Origin: Stylophora pistillata
Lineage: Eukaryota
Reading direction: 5' to 3'
DNA length: 64,000 nucleotides
Assembly (NCBI RefSeq): GCF_002571385.2
Contig: NW_019217822.1
Location: 429,331 to 493,330 of the forward strand
A model generated the notes under the pieces. That model worked only from the letters and a program-made list of their open reading frames with translations, made no database searches and was not told where the DNA came from. How positions within the stretch are numbered: the stretch's first letter is position 1; every line of letters starts with the position of its first letter. The translations under genes were made by a program, and so were the position numbers. This document shows, piece by piece, positions 50,380-57,953 of this stretch.

Positions 50380-53300
50380 TTAATTCTTATATTGCACACT
50401 TTCCATGAAATGATCAAGCACTCATTACATATCTCAATAATAGTTATTATAAAAATATGCTATGATAAAATTAAAGCATACAACATATGTTAAGATACTA
50501 GCAACTATCATGATAAAATTTTAATAAAAATTAATAAAAAGCTTCCTTAAAGAGGTGCGTTTTCAGGGGGCACTTAAAAATCCCAAGATCTGTAATAGAA
50601 CAAATCTCACGCAGTAATGCATTCCAATGTGCCAGAGCTGCGACCTGGAATGATCTGTCTCCCAATGTAACATTACTTCTATAAGTTGACATTGCAAGCA
50701 ACAAACCATCCAAGGAGGATCTTAATTTATAATTTCCTGGCTCCGGTTGTTCAAAGGGCGGATAATGCTATCCAATGGATAATTCGCTATCCAGTGGATG
50801 TGTTACCAAAACGCACTGCGCTATCCACCGGATAGAGATTTATCCAGTGTATAGCGTCATCCATCCTTTGAACAACTGGAGCCTGGTCTTTTAATTGACA
50901 CAAGTTCTCTTAAATACATTGGCAGAATTCCATGGATGGCCTTAAAAACAAATAGCAGAATCTTAAAACTAATGCATTGCCTAACCGGTAGCCAGTGCAG
51001 CTCATAATAGCAACAGCGTTACGCGACAGTAGTGTGGCACGCTATATACATTTATATCAATACAACAAAAAGCATGAAAAGAAAAAATAACAACTAGAAG
51101 ATTATTTATTGATCCAATACCAAACTCTCACAACTGATATAATAAGAACTGTATGGCAGACAGTAAGGAGAATTACTAATGAGATCTTCGGAGTGAGGGA
51201 CTAATGGAATATAATAATTTCTTCATAAAAATAAAGTTTCCCTGATGACTCTTGATTTCTTCATGTACATGTACATGAGGCTACAATATATTACACAACA
51301 CCAATGAAGCATTACAAAAGGAAAATTATCAATTTTATCAAAAATCAAATTAATACTACTTATTAGAAATAGTGCAATTTGGTTCTTGTAAGCACAAGTC
51401 AATTTTTCAAAAAACAACAAAATTGCCCAAGCCCATAATAAGGTGAATGCCATTTGTGGTCTTTGAAAAGTTTACAAATGCTTACTTAAACCAAATTGCA
51501 CAAGAAATCATGTTCTTACTTATCAATAAGGTCGGCACACACGAGGGGACTAGTCCCTGCGACTAGTCCCAGCGACCAGTTTCATGCGACTAGTCCCTTC
51601 GTGTGAACTGTTTGTGTGACCAGTCCCTGTGACTAAACAGTAAATAAGCCAATCATGGGTCAGCATGACGCATGACTTCCGGTATTCGTAAACATTGCAG
51701 TTTCTATGAATTTTCCTTGAATTCTAGATTTCTACAACAGAAGAATAAAAAACTATTTCTAGTTTTGTAAACATATACAGATGTCTTGGAGCCGTTTTGA
51801 TGGAATTTTTACCCTATTTGACTCTGTGTCTGTTAAAAATAAATAAATAAAAAAAAAAAAAACCAAACACGTAAAAGCATGAATAATCCGACTGAATAAG
51901 TGTAGTTCATTTGCGTTGATGTTTAATAGTGCTACAATGAAAAGTTGCAAAATTTTCACTGTTTTCGTGTAACACCCCAGACAAAGAAACATCTTTTGCC
52001 TCTTAATTTTCCTATGTTCTTGTGCAATTGAGTGCCCTCGTGTGAACACCTTAAGGGACTAGTCCCTGCTACCGGTCCCCTCGTGTAAACCCTTCAAAGA
52101 CTTGTCACCGGGACTAGTCACACGAAGTAGTCGCAAGTACTAGTCCCCTCGTGCGTGCCGACCTATACTTTACACTCACATTACAAAAGAAAAGCCCCTC
52201 CTTTCAGCCAATCAGGCATGTGTATTTTTTTCATGCATAATTTTTTATGACAATAAATCAATCACGCACAATGCTTACCAACATAGCCATGTGTCACCTC
52301 TATTGGAAGATGAAAAGCATCCTTAAGAGCAAGTATGATAGCAGTGTTAATAATGCATGAAAGATGAAATTAAAATTGAAATTATTATATTTGACACGTT
52401 AGGTCTGTATTCCTGGCTCTCAACACTGGGATTAGTCATCCTTATCCAAAACTAAGCCTTAAACTTTTAACTCCCACAAATGATTAACAAGTTACTTCTC
52501 CTTAATATCCATACCTCTTATCCAGCAAACAGGTAAATAAGAATACTCAAATGTCTAATAAAGAAGTTTTTATCTTGATCCAACACCAAATTCTCATAAC
52601 CAATTTACAAGGAAATATGTAGCAGCAAGAGGGGAGAATTAACAATCAGACCTTAGGAGTTAAAGGGTTAAATCTAGAAGAATTTGGTCCACATTAATTT
52701 TTAAACCAGAGTGCAGACAGTATCTATAACATAGCAGGTAAATTTGCGTGATCAAATAACATACACTCATTAAGGTGGCTGAACACAGTTTTCATGTGCA
52801 CTTTTGCTGATGCAATTCAGCACGTGCACAAGGATTCCAAAAACCAAACATTTTGTCAATTGAGCGATCATTTTATTTACTCAACACATATCTGCACTAT
52901 CTGTGATATTTTTCTCTATTATTGGCACAGTATATTGAAGGCTTTAATTTTTATTACAAAGACACGTTAGAAAAGTTAACAGTGCAAAGAACTAGCAATT
53001 CTCAGCTTTTTTGTCATTACTGAAAGAACCCAGTTAAATGCAGCACATGCGTAGCAAGTCAAAAAATTGCGATTGAATGGAAAATTGCTTTCTCAGAAAT
53101 ATGCCTTTTTCTTGAGAACCACTCATTAGAATTTCACGAAATTTGGCAGGAAAATACTTTACAAAATAAGTAACTGGAGTATTGAAAAAAAAAGATTTTT
53201 AACAAAGGAAATTCTAGATAATCGAGTGAACCTTCAACAAGGAATAATTAAAGATCTCCATTAAACTGTTAGCAAAATGATGTTAACTTGTGAGTATCAT

Positions 53301-55374
53301 TGCAAGCTCATTGCATGCAAGTAAACAAAACTGATTTTAAAGGCCTGTTTATATTTATTCATGTCACCATGGCAACAGCACCTACATCAGCTTAAAGTGC
53401 ACCTAAACCCAAAAATATTTTTTTTGCTTAACAAAATAAGCATATTTTTTGGATTATTTCTGTGCAAAATTTGTTTTATTTGCTCAAATCTTTAATTTCC
53501 AGTGCCCAGTCAAAATACGGAAAATCGGCTGCCATCTTGGCTCACGACCGAGTTTAAAGAGGAATGGTTCTAGCAGGTAATGTGACGTCAAATCGAGAAC
53601 ACGAAAGTCTGCATTTCACACATTTCCACTTGTTTGGGAAGGTTGTCGTCGATATTGTCCGAAATATGGCGACTAGGTGTGTTGTATGAGGAATGTATGA
53701 AGTCCAATACCCTCTTGCAAATTTCACACATTGCTACATCCTCCAACAACACACTTAGTCAGCATATTTTCGGACAATATCGACTACAACCTTCCCAAAC
53801 AAGTGAAAATGTGTGAAATGCAAACTTTCGTGTTCTCGATTTGACATCACAGTACCCGCTAGAGCCATTCCTCTTTAAACTCGGTCGTGGGCCAAGATGG
53901 TGGCTGCTTTTCCGTATTTTGACTGGGTACAGAAAATTGAAGATTTGAGCAAATAAAAAATTTTTTGCACAGAAATACTCCAGAAAATATGCTTACCTCA
54001 TTGAGCGAAAAAAAATTTCGGGTTTAGTGCACTTTAACAAAGTTTGTGTTGTTAACTTGTTTGCTGCCAGTTTTGGCGACCGAGAGATCAAGGGTTTTAG
54101 AGAAAATGGTGAAAGAAACACAGGTATCAAAAACTGTTCAGCCACATTAAGCATGTTGATGATGGAATTAATCTATACAGGTAACATTTAAAGTAATTAA
54201 CACATTGAAAATGGAAAGCAATTGAATAATTGATTCATAGTTCAGTGTATGTTAATCAAAATATTTCTACTGTAGCTTTTACGTTTTTCAAACTTCCCAT
54301 GTGCAAAATACCTCTATGAATAAGTGCTGATGCATGAATCAATCGTTCATTTCCAAGCCTGAGAGTTATATATACATGTAATACACATTACTATTTAAGG
54401 AACTGATGGATTTTTATGGGCTCATGTTGAATGGTGAAAAGAATGCCTTTTACTAGGAGCTTACCAATGCATCATCTCGCAGTTCAAGATCTGTTAGGAC
54501 AACATTTCCTAAAAAAAAAAATCCAGAATTTATTGACATTCCATCAACATCCTACAATTAAAAATTTATCATACTTAGTGCAGTAGGGTGATAACGATTA
54601 AAGCTAAGAATGATAAACTCTTGGTTTCTAATTTTCAACACCTAAAACAATTGGATTGTAGCAATTAGGGAGTTAGCTCTGTCACGAAATATACAAAGTC
54701 ACGCTCAATTCCATGTTTCGCATTCACGCATAAAGGGGCAAACAAAGCGAAATAAAAACACTTCAAAACTTGAATTCATTGCGAAAGTCAAATATCCTTA
54801 GATTCACCAGCACACACCTCAAAACAGCACCGCGCTAACTCAAACTTTGTTGTCAAAAATCGAACTTCCAGCTGAATCGGACGTGAAGCCATTTCCGTTA
54901 GGGAGCATCTACACGGAAAGGAACTCCCCTCGCTTTAAGCAGCTGTTTATTTGATTCCTCAGGCAGTACTCTTTAGAAGGTTAGGTTGACTTGTAATTAA
55001 AAAATTAGCTTCTGTTTTCATTAAATCTGTTTGTTAATTCTTTCCACAAATCAACTGCCATTCCTTCATGCATAAATTTGACAGGGCTTCATTTTCCAAC
55101 ATTTGCGAAGTAGGGCTGCCGGATATCATAAGACATGCACTTGACAATGACATATCCTATTACATCGAGCAAAACTGTGCGTTTCAACGAGAGCTTCAGC
55201 TTTCTATTCTCCTATTTACATACTGCTTTCGTTAAATGCTCAAGCTGTAGTAATGATGTAATTAAAAGTTTGCTTACCACTCAAAATTCCTAGTTCGAGA
55301 TTCGAGCTGTCCAAATCTTTAATGTATTTTCCAAGTACCCCATTCAAAATGGATGCAGCGAGGGACTCTAACAT
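238..55374 (-). CDS. VPS13: VPS13A/C-type intermembrane lipid transfer protein (chorein family); about 86-88 exons in the window, 3' part continues beyond position 1
   Basis: Exon 1 gives MLESLAASILNGVLGKYIKDLDSSNLELGILSG, the chorein N-terminus. Later family motifs include IPWTNLYSEP, NIHFRYED, WWKYAY, VDLGHL, NAPQIIIP, YYNECLAVWEPLLEP, IRSPLQIQNHL, YSPYWLINKTGL and WSNKFSLDAVG. Exons have AG/GT (two AG/GC) boundaries and phases join consistently, except one junction (8533 to 5536) that needs a small phase 1-to-0 exon. Exon lists are given in the block features. Confidence 0.96.
815..1090 (-). mobile_element. Degraded SINE fragment with an L2-like (ATT)n tail
   Basis: The (AAT)n plus tttatattgcgca...atgatcaa segment resembles the L2 3' end at about 50350-50430. 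The segments ttaacgtcccct and gcaggagacgg resemble the SINE core at 9890-9925. Confidence 0.45.
3570..3917. repeat. 87-bp tandem repeat x4 that includes a VPS13 splice acceptor
   Basis: Units start at 3570, 3657, 3744 and 3831. The first three are identical; the fourth has two substitutions. Confidence 0.95.
4233..4599. mobile_element. MITE with AGGGACCTTAAGCA TIRs (Harbinger/ISL2EU-like)
   Basis: Terminal inverted repeats at both ends. Flanks AAT/AAC (imperfect 3-bp TSD). No ORF. Confidence 0.75.
6315..6628 (+). pseudogene. First exon of the Harbinger partner gene: Cys-rich zinc-finger-like N-terminus plus acidic/basic linker
   Basis: AAAATGG start at 6315. Translation CCSSCLKTTKYTCLKCKEYFCMPCS...YCEPCF has four CxxC pairs. 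Probable donor AAG/gtcagt at 6628-6629. It lies inside the TIRs, convergent with the transposase. Confidence 0.7.
6804..7538 (-). pseudogene. Truncated Harbinger (HARBI1-like, DDE_Tnp_4) transposase
   Basis: Motifs FKKTFRVSRSTFRYIL, ISPELRLALCLYRLGRG, GLGLSTV, FPCCWAAIDGCHIPI (first catalytic D) and YHNFKNFYSI. Similarity stops there, so the rest of the DDE domain is missing. Confidence 0.9.
9731..10109 (-). mobile_element. tRNA-derived SINE (Deu/Nin-like core)
   Basis: Pol III A box TAGCTCAATAG and B box GGTTCGAGCCC, core ttctcggatagggacgaataaatggaggtccc, and (ATTACT)n tail. Homologous to copies at 24111, 34082 and 49877. Confidence 0.85.
10115..10300. mobile_element. Penelope-like/retrozyme remnant with a degenerate minimal hammerhead ribozyme (minus strand, 10150-10196)
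   Basis: Minus strand reads tgacctg-CTGATGA-tgac...gtc-GAAAC-GTC-agtca. Confidence 0.55.
10748..10936. repeat. Long imperfect palindrome (non-autonomous DNA element)
   Basis: aacaaatggtaaacaccacagcatacactattga ... tcaatagtgtacgctgtggtgtttaccatttgtt. Confidence 0.75.
11520..17932 (-). CDS. VPS13: VPS13 exons 61-74: last RBG repeats, WEPLLEP motif and a basic insertion before the VAB domain
   Basis: Exons: 17852-17932, 17504-17610, 17186-17364, 16824-16930, 16196-16569, 15660-15776, 15243-15404, 14839-14941, 14526-14578, 13731-13850, 12687-12812, 12412-12441 (tentative), 12140-12327, 11520-11829. Exon 12687-12812 encodes YYNECLAVWEPLLEP. Confidence 0.88.
12843..12998. repeat. About 78-bp tandem duplication
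   Basis: cgttgcagaggtttcattaca...gagtaataagcacgagtaa occurs twice in direct orientation. Confidence 0.8.
18043..31863 (-). CDS. VPS13: VPS13 exons 35-60: two tandem copies of a ~500-aa repeating beta-groove (RBG) block
   Basis: Copy A: 31701-31863, 31196-31269, 30508-30650, 30029-30111, 29551-29691, 29398-29449, 28643-28694, 28165-28203, 27909-28040, 27718-27795, 27127-27335, 26868-27006, 26180-26252 (GC donor), 25829-25959. Copy B: 25007-25163, 23676-23749, 23188-23330, 22580-22743, 22284-22335, 21977-22028, 21334-21372, 20776-20913, 20207-20284, 19492-19721, 18923-19070, 18043-18127. Confidence 0.9.
18483..18692. mobile_element. piggyBac-like MITE (TTAA-CCCTTT...GGG-TTAG)
   Basis: TTAA target with CCC/GGG termini. 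Related copies at 52463-52667, 49190-49724 (split), 50296-51200 (split), about 60325-60415 and about 62950-63085. Confidence 0.75.
19773..20003. repeat. 13-bp minisatellite (CCTGGAATCAAAG), about 17 copies
   Basis: Directly visible tandem array, about 50 bp from the acceptor of exon 19492-19721. Confidence 0.95.
24111..24470 (+). mobile_element. tRNA-derived SINE, same family as 9731-10109
   Basis: A box TAGCTCAATGG and B box GGTTCGAGCCC. About 280 bp is shared with the other copies up to 24391, followed by a different tail. Confidence 0.85.
24500..24957. mobile_element. pogo/Tigger-like MITE
   Basis: TIRs CAGTCTAACCTCGATT and AACCGAGGTTCGACTG, with subterminal CTCGATTATCCGGA repeats at both ends. 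Flanks are TG/CA rather than TA. Confidence 0.7.
32227..39739 (-). CDS. VPS13: VPS13 exons 22-34: extended chorein/RBG region ending in an FFAT-like motif
   Basis: Exons: 39642-39739, 38630-38739, 37728-37786, 37159-37243, 36373-36440, 35833-35911, 35409-35496, 35155-35272, 34661-34733, 34497-34571, 33101-33203, 32930-32978, 32227-32308. Translations include TRAGLEYAITHHE, LDVRSPFVVIPEYG, VLAVDLGHLKV, FYDKFEVTLDDVQV and DEDVQWYDAQEY. Confidence 0.9.
32736..32908. mobile_element. Palindromic MITE with AAT target-site duplication
   Basis: gcccatttccgaattacccttg ... caagggtaattcggaaatgggc, with AAT on both sides. Confidence 0.8.
33463..34081. other. Assembly gap (619 N)
   Basis: Run of N. The flanking VPS13 exons join phase 0 to phase 0, so no exon is required inside the gap. 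Confidence 0.99.
34082..34146 (-). mobile_element. SINE head running into the assembly gap
   Basis: Near-identical to 10046-10109. Its body is hidden in the N run. Confidence 0.8.
34933..35144. mobile_element. Palindromic MITE
   Basis: attttacagttgagtacttggttgccaagcctttga...gtgaggctgagggtgac pairs with gtcaccttcagcctcac...aggttggcaactaagtacacaactgtaaaat. Confidence 0.75.
36774..37044. repeat. Double-hairpin non-autonomous element
   Basis: Near-perfect palindrome at 36774-36878, followed directly by the inverted pair ttagtataatttcagagctgagcaa / ttgctcagctctgaaattatactaa (36879-37044). Confidence 0.8.
39419..39538. repeat. Palindrome within a larger non-autonomous element (about 39180-39563)
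   Basis: aaaattaaggattaatatcac...ttttcggaagttgc pairs with gcaacttccgaaaa...gtgatattaatccttaatttt. Confidence 0.75.
40090..40152. repeat. (CCTACCACT)n 9-bp tandem repeat
   Basis: About 6 visible copies. Confidence 0.9.
40401..55374 (-). CDS. VPS13: VPS13 exons 1-21: chorein_N domain and start of the extended chorein region
   Basis: Exons: 55278-55374, 54465-54508, 52279-52321, 49747-49842, 48962-49066, 48689-48765, 48489-48527, 48305-48364 (GC donor), 47912-47971, 47697-47780, 46649-46706, 46277-46350, 46066-46119, 45830-45936, 45185-45259, 43090-43180, 42919-42981, 42685-42808, 41689-41801, 40804-40871, 40401-40472. Translations include GNVVLTDLELRDDAL, GKISLTIPWTNLYSEPFD, ISVKNIHFRYEDK, WKYAYTAICEEKFRTWSWNHIKEHR and EEKEKLYKAIDYSE. 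Confidence 0.93.
41064..41632. repeat. Polypurine (GA-rich) low-complexity tract with a diverged internal repeat
   Basis: Almost only A/G on the plus strand. The motif acgtggtt...agaggggagag occurs at about 41223, 41398 and 41553. Confidence 0.9.
43757..44902. repeat. About 1.1-kb degenerate array of AAGATCTT/AGGATCCT palindromic motifs, possibly a non-autonomous DNA transposon
   Basis: Dozens of GATC-centred motifs with a higher-order period. The ends ccatggtgaaaaac and gtttttcccgcccttgg are a weak inverted match. Confidence 0.75.
49877..50139 (-). mobile_element. Older copy of the same tRNA-derived SINE, cut at N 49876
   Basis: Aligns by eye with 9846-10109, with many CpG-decay substitutions. 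Confidence 0.8.
50348..51042 (-). mobile_element. L2-clade LINE 3' fragment (ORF2 C-terminus, 3' UTR and ATT tail)
   Basis: Translates ELHWLPVRQCISFKILLFVFKAIHG...YKLRSS...GDRSFQVAALAHWNAL...FKCPLKTHLF. It is interrupted by a MITE at 50740-50882. Confidence 0.88.
50740..50882. mobile_element. Harbinger-type MITE with CTG target-site duplication, inserted in the L2 fragment
   Basis: TIR GCTCCGGTTGTTCAAAGG / CCTTTGAACAACTGGAGC with CTG on both sides. Removing the element and one CTG restores the LINE frame IKRPGNYKLRSS. Confidence 0.88.
51530..52163. mobile_element. MITE with GGTCGGCACACACGAGGGGACTAGT TIRs and GACTAGTCCC subterminal repeats
   Basis: Clear TIR pair with flanks TAA/TAT. It is inserted into an older repeat related to 13010-13230. 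Confidence 0.8.
52463..52667. mobile_element. piggyBac-like MITE, copy of 18483-18692
   Basis: TTAA on both sides and internal similarity to the 18483 copy. Confidence 0.75.
52774..54146. mobile_element. TTAA-flanked non-autonomous element (Kolobok-like), hosting a nested palindrome
   Basis: TTAA-GGTGGCTGAAC...CAGTTT at the left end and AAACTGTTCAGCCACA-TTAA at the right end. Confidence 0.7.
53396..54033. mobile_element. 638-bp fully palindromic TTAA-flanked MITE (Kolobok-like)
   Basis: TTAA-AGTGCACCTAAACCC ... GGGTTTAGTGCACT-TTAA. The arms are complementary over about 300 bp, with the centre near 53715. Confidence 0.88.
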
Positions 55375-56399
55375 GTCTTCTCCAAAAACACTTCAGTTCA
55401 GATCCTAACGCAATAATTCTTGCACAAATAAGTTCCGCTGCGAAACGGCATCGAGGCTTACATGACCACTAACTCTCGAGCTCCTTCACAAATTTGTCAC
55501 AGATTTACAGCTGTTCTGATAACAAGGGAGGAACGAAAGTATCCTGCTAAATATTTGCATTGTATAAAAGACGTCAAAATTTGCGACAAAAAATTTGCTA
55601 ACTAGTCGATTTATGAGACAAAGAAAGACAACTCCTACTTCTAAATGTATCTGTTCCAAAAAATATACTGTAAACAAATATGTATTGGTTGCAAATATGA
55701 TACAGCAGTGAGGACTCTAACGGAGGAAAGATTGGGCCGAGTTAGAATGAAAGCGAGGCTTCTTTAAACAGCTGATAGTTACCTTGACCGTGTACAGCCC
55801 TACCCTACAAAACTGATTGAAAAAATGGATCATAAAAAGACACAAGCGATTCTACACAAGTAAATCAACAAAAGATTATGCTATGCTTGACTCATTCCAT
55901 CCGTTGTAGCATCTGATACAGCCTTCATCAGATGTTTATCTATCTTCGGGAATTAAATAGACTTAGGAAGGTATTCCCGTATGAGATTATGACTCTTCAT
56001 CACATATTTAGGCTGAATGCTTCTCAGTAAGGAAAACCCAGCCTACAGTGTACTAGCAACTTTGGTGTACCAGAGTCACGTGATTGTTCTCGAGCTGAAA
56101 ATACTCACCATGTGATTCTCCGATACGATTCGAATGAAGTTGTGCGTTTTGTCAGGAGTTAAGTTGCATGATTTCTCTCAGACCTGTCATGACTTACACG
56201 TGCATAATCGACACGTGATTCTGACAACTGTGCGAGGGCGTAGGGGATGTAGTCAACAAGTCGCGTGAAAGTTGTTTGCCTCTACGCTAGAATTCTACGC
56301 TAGTAACCTTTCCCTCGTCTATTTAAAGAATTAAACCGCATTCATATTTTCGTATGTTTAACAGAACCAAGGGGTAGAAATACAACTACAAGAGACAAA

Positions 56400-56405
56400 T
56401 TTATT
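56400..56405 (-). promoter_or_regulatory. Candidate polyadenylation signal (AATAAA) of the RSK transcript
   Basis: TTTATT on the plus strand about 1.55 kb downstream of the RSK stop, in an AT-rich putative 3' UTR. Alternative hexamers lie near 56543 and 56843. Confidence 0.3.
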
Positions 56406-57953
56406 TACACAGTCCGATTTCATCAGCTTAACCTGTATATGGTTATACTCTTAAACAGTTTAACAAAAAGCAGGTACTTCAGAATTAGAGCCTGTGGAGG
56501 TAGACGATAAGATTCCACCGTTGAAAGACTTTTACCATACTATTTATTTTCTCCAAGTTTTTGGAACAAAACTAATATTTATTTTTTTTCTCGATGTAAT
56601 TTCATTGACATAGCAGAAACTTAACTCCTGCCAGTCGAATCCTTACATCAACATTAGTAAAGCAGTTCTCATAGAGGTATTTATTACGCGTGGACTTTCC
56701 AACAGAGTTTCACGGTAAACATACAAAAACAAATAACAAGAAGTCACTAATTGAAGCCCAAAGTTAGAAAGAACTGCTCGAAAATTCTAAACAAAGAAAG
56801 AGATGGAGTGCACCCCCATCTATTCACCTCATTCAATCAATTTTTATTTAATGTTTACATTGTAATGTCCGTTACTTAATCAAAAGCTTTACCTTGAAGA
56901 CACCCATATATTACCCATGCATGTGATCTTAACCTACCATGTGTACAAACATTATACAAAGTTTCTACGAAAACCGCCCCGAAAAAATAGAAAAATATTC
57001 ATGACTCGTAGAGTACAAAATAGGTCTGAGTTATTTCGCGTTAAAATTGGCACACTTTACTAGTTTCTGGGAAAAATAATGGCTCTGTGCTCCAAACTAA
57101 ACTAGTGAACTTTTCATAAATGTTCAGCCTTGACCTTCAGCGACAGACAGAAATTTTTGAATTTAGCCTTTTTTTGTCACAATACCACTTTCTCGGCCTC
57201 TTTTTCCAATGCTTGCCCAAATATCAAACAAACCAATTGTAACCTCTCCATTCCTACCCTTGGCTAGAAAAGAAATCTAACTTTTGCTCAAAATGTTTTT
57301 TTTCTTTTCTATCCAAGTGTTTCTTGATCCTCCCAGTGATAAATCTTTGTAGTGTATGAATTTAGTGGTATATTCTTTGAACAATTTTTAATGTAACGAT
57401 CTGAAAATGTCTCATCAGTCGCACAATACAAGTATTTTTTGTTTAATGAATTAATGAATTCTGCGCCGAGAAGTCGTCACTGAGACAATTCCACGATGGC
57501 AAAAATTGATAAATCACATGGGTCTTGGCCGAATGTCTTACCATTTCATTTTTCTGAACTAATTAAGCCTGACTGTATCCACATAAATATGTACCACTCA
57601 CATATCAATATTCTGTCAACTTTACAGTATTATCCTGCAAAACAGCCTTTTCTCCACTCGAATTTAAGGAGGCTGAGTGGAACAACGGCATACGTGTTAA
57701 ACCAAAACTCTCTGAGCAGGAAACCATTTAAAATGTCGAGATCTATTATGAGCATTAGGTGAGCCCGCGATGACTGCTGACTCGACTTAGTCTCGTCATA
57801 TAAGAACACTGCACCCAGATAGACGGAAAAAACGGATGTTTTGCAGGTTATCTAAATATCGCTTGTTCAAGAACGTAAAAAATGTTCCTATCTATAACAC
57901 GTACAAAAGTATCATTACAAAAGGAAGAATGCGGACAAAAGACACCCCATTGT

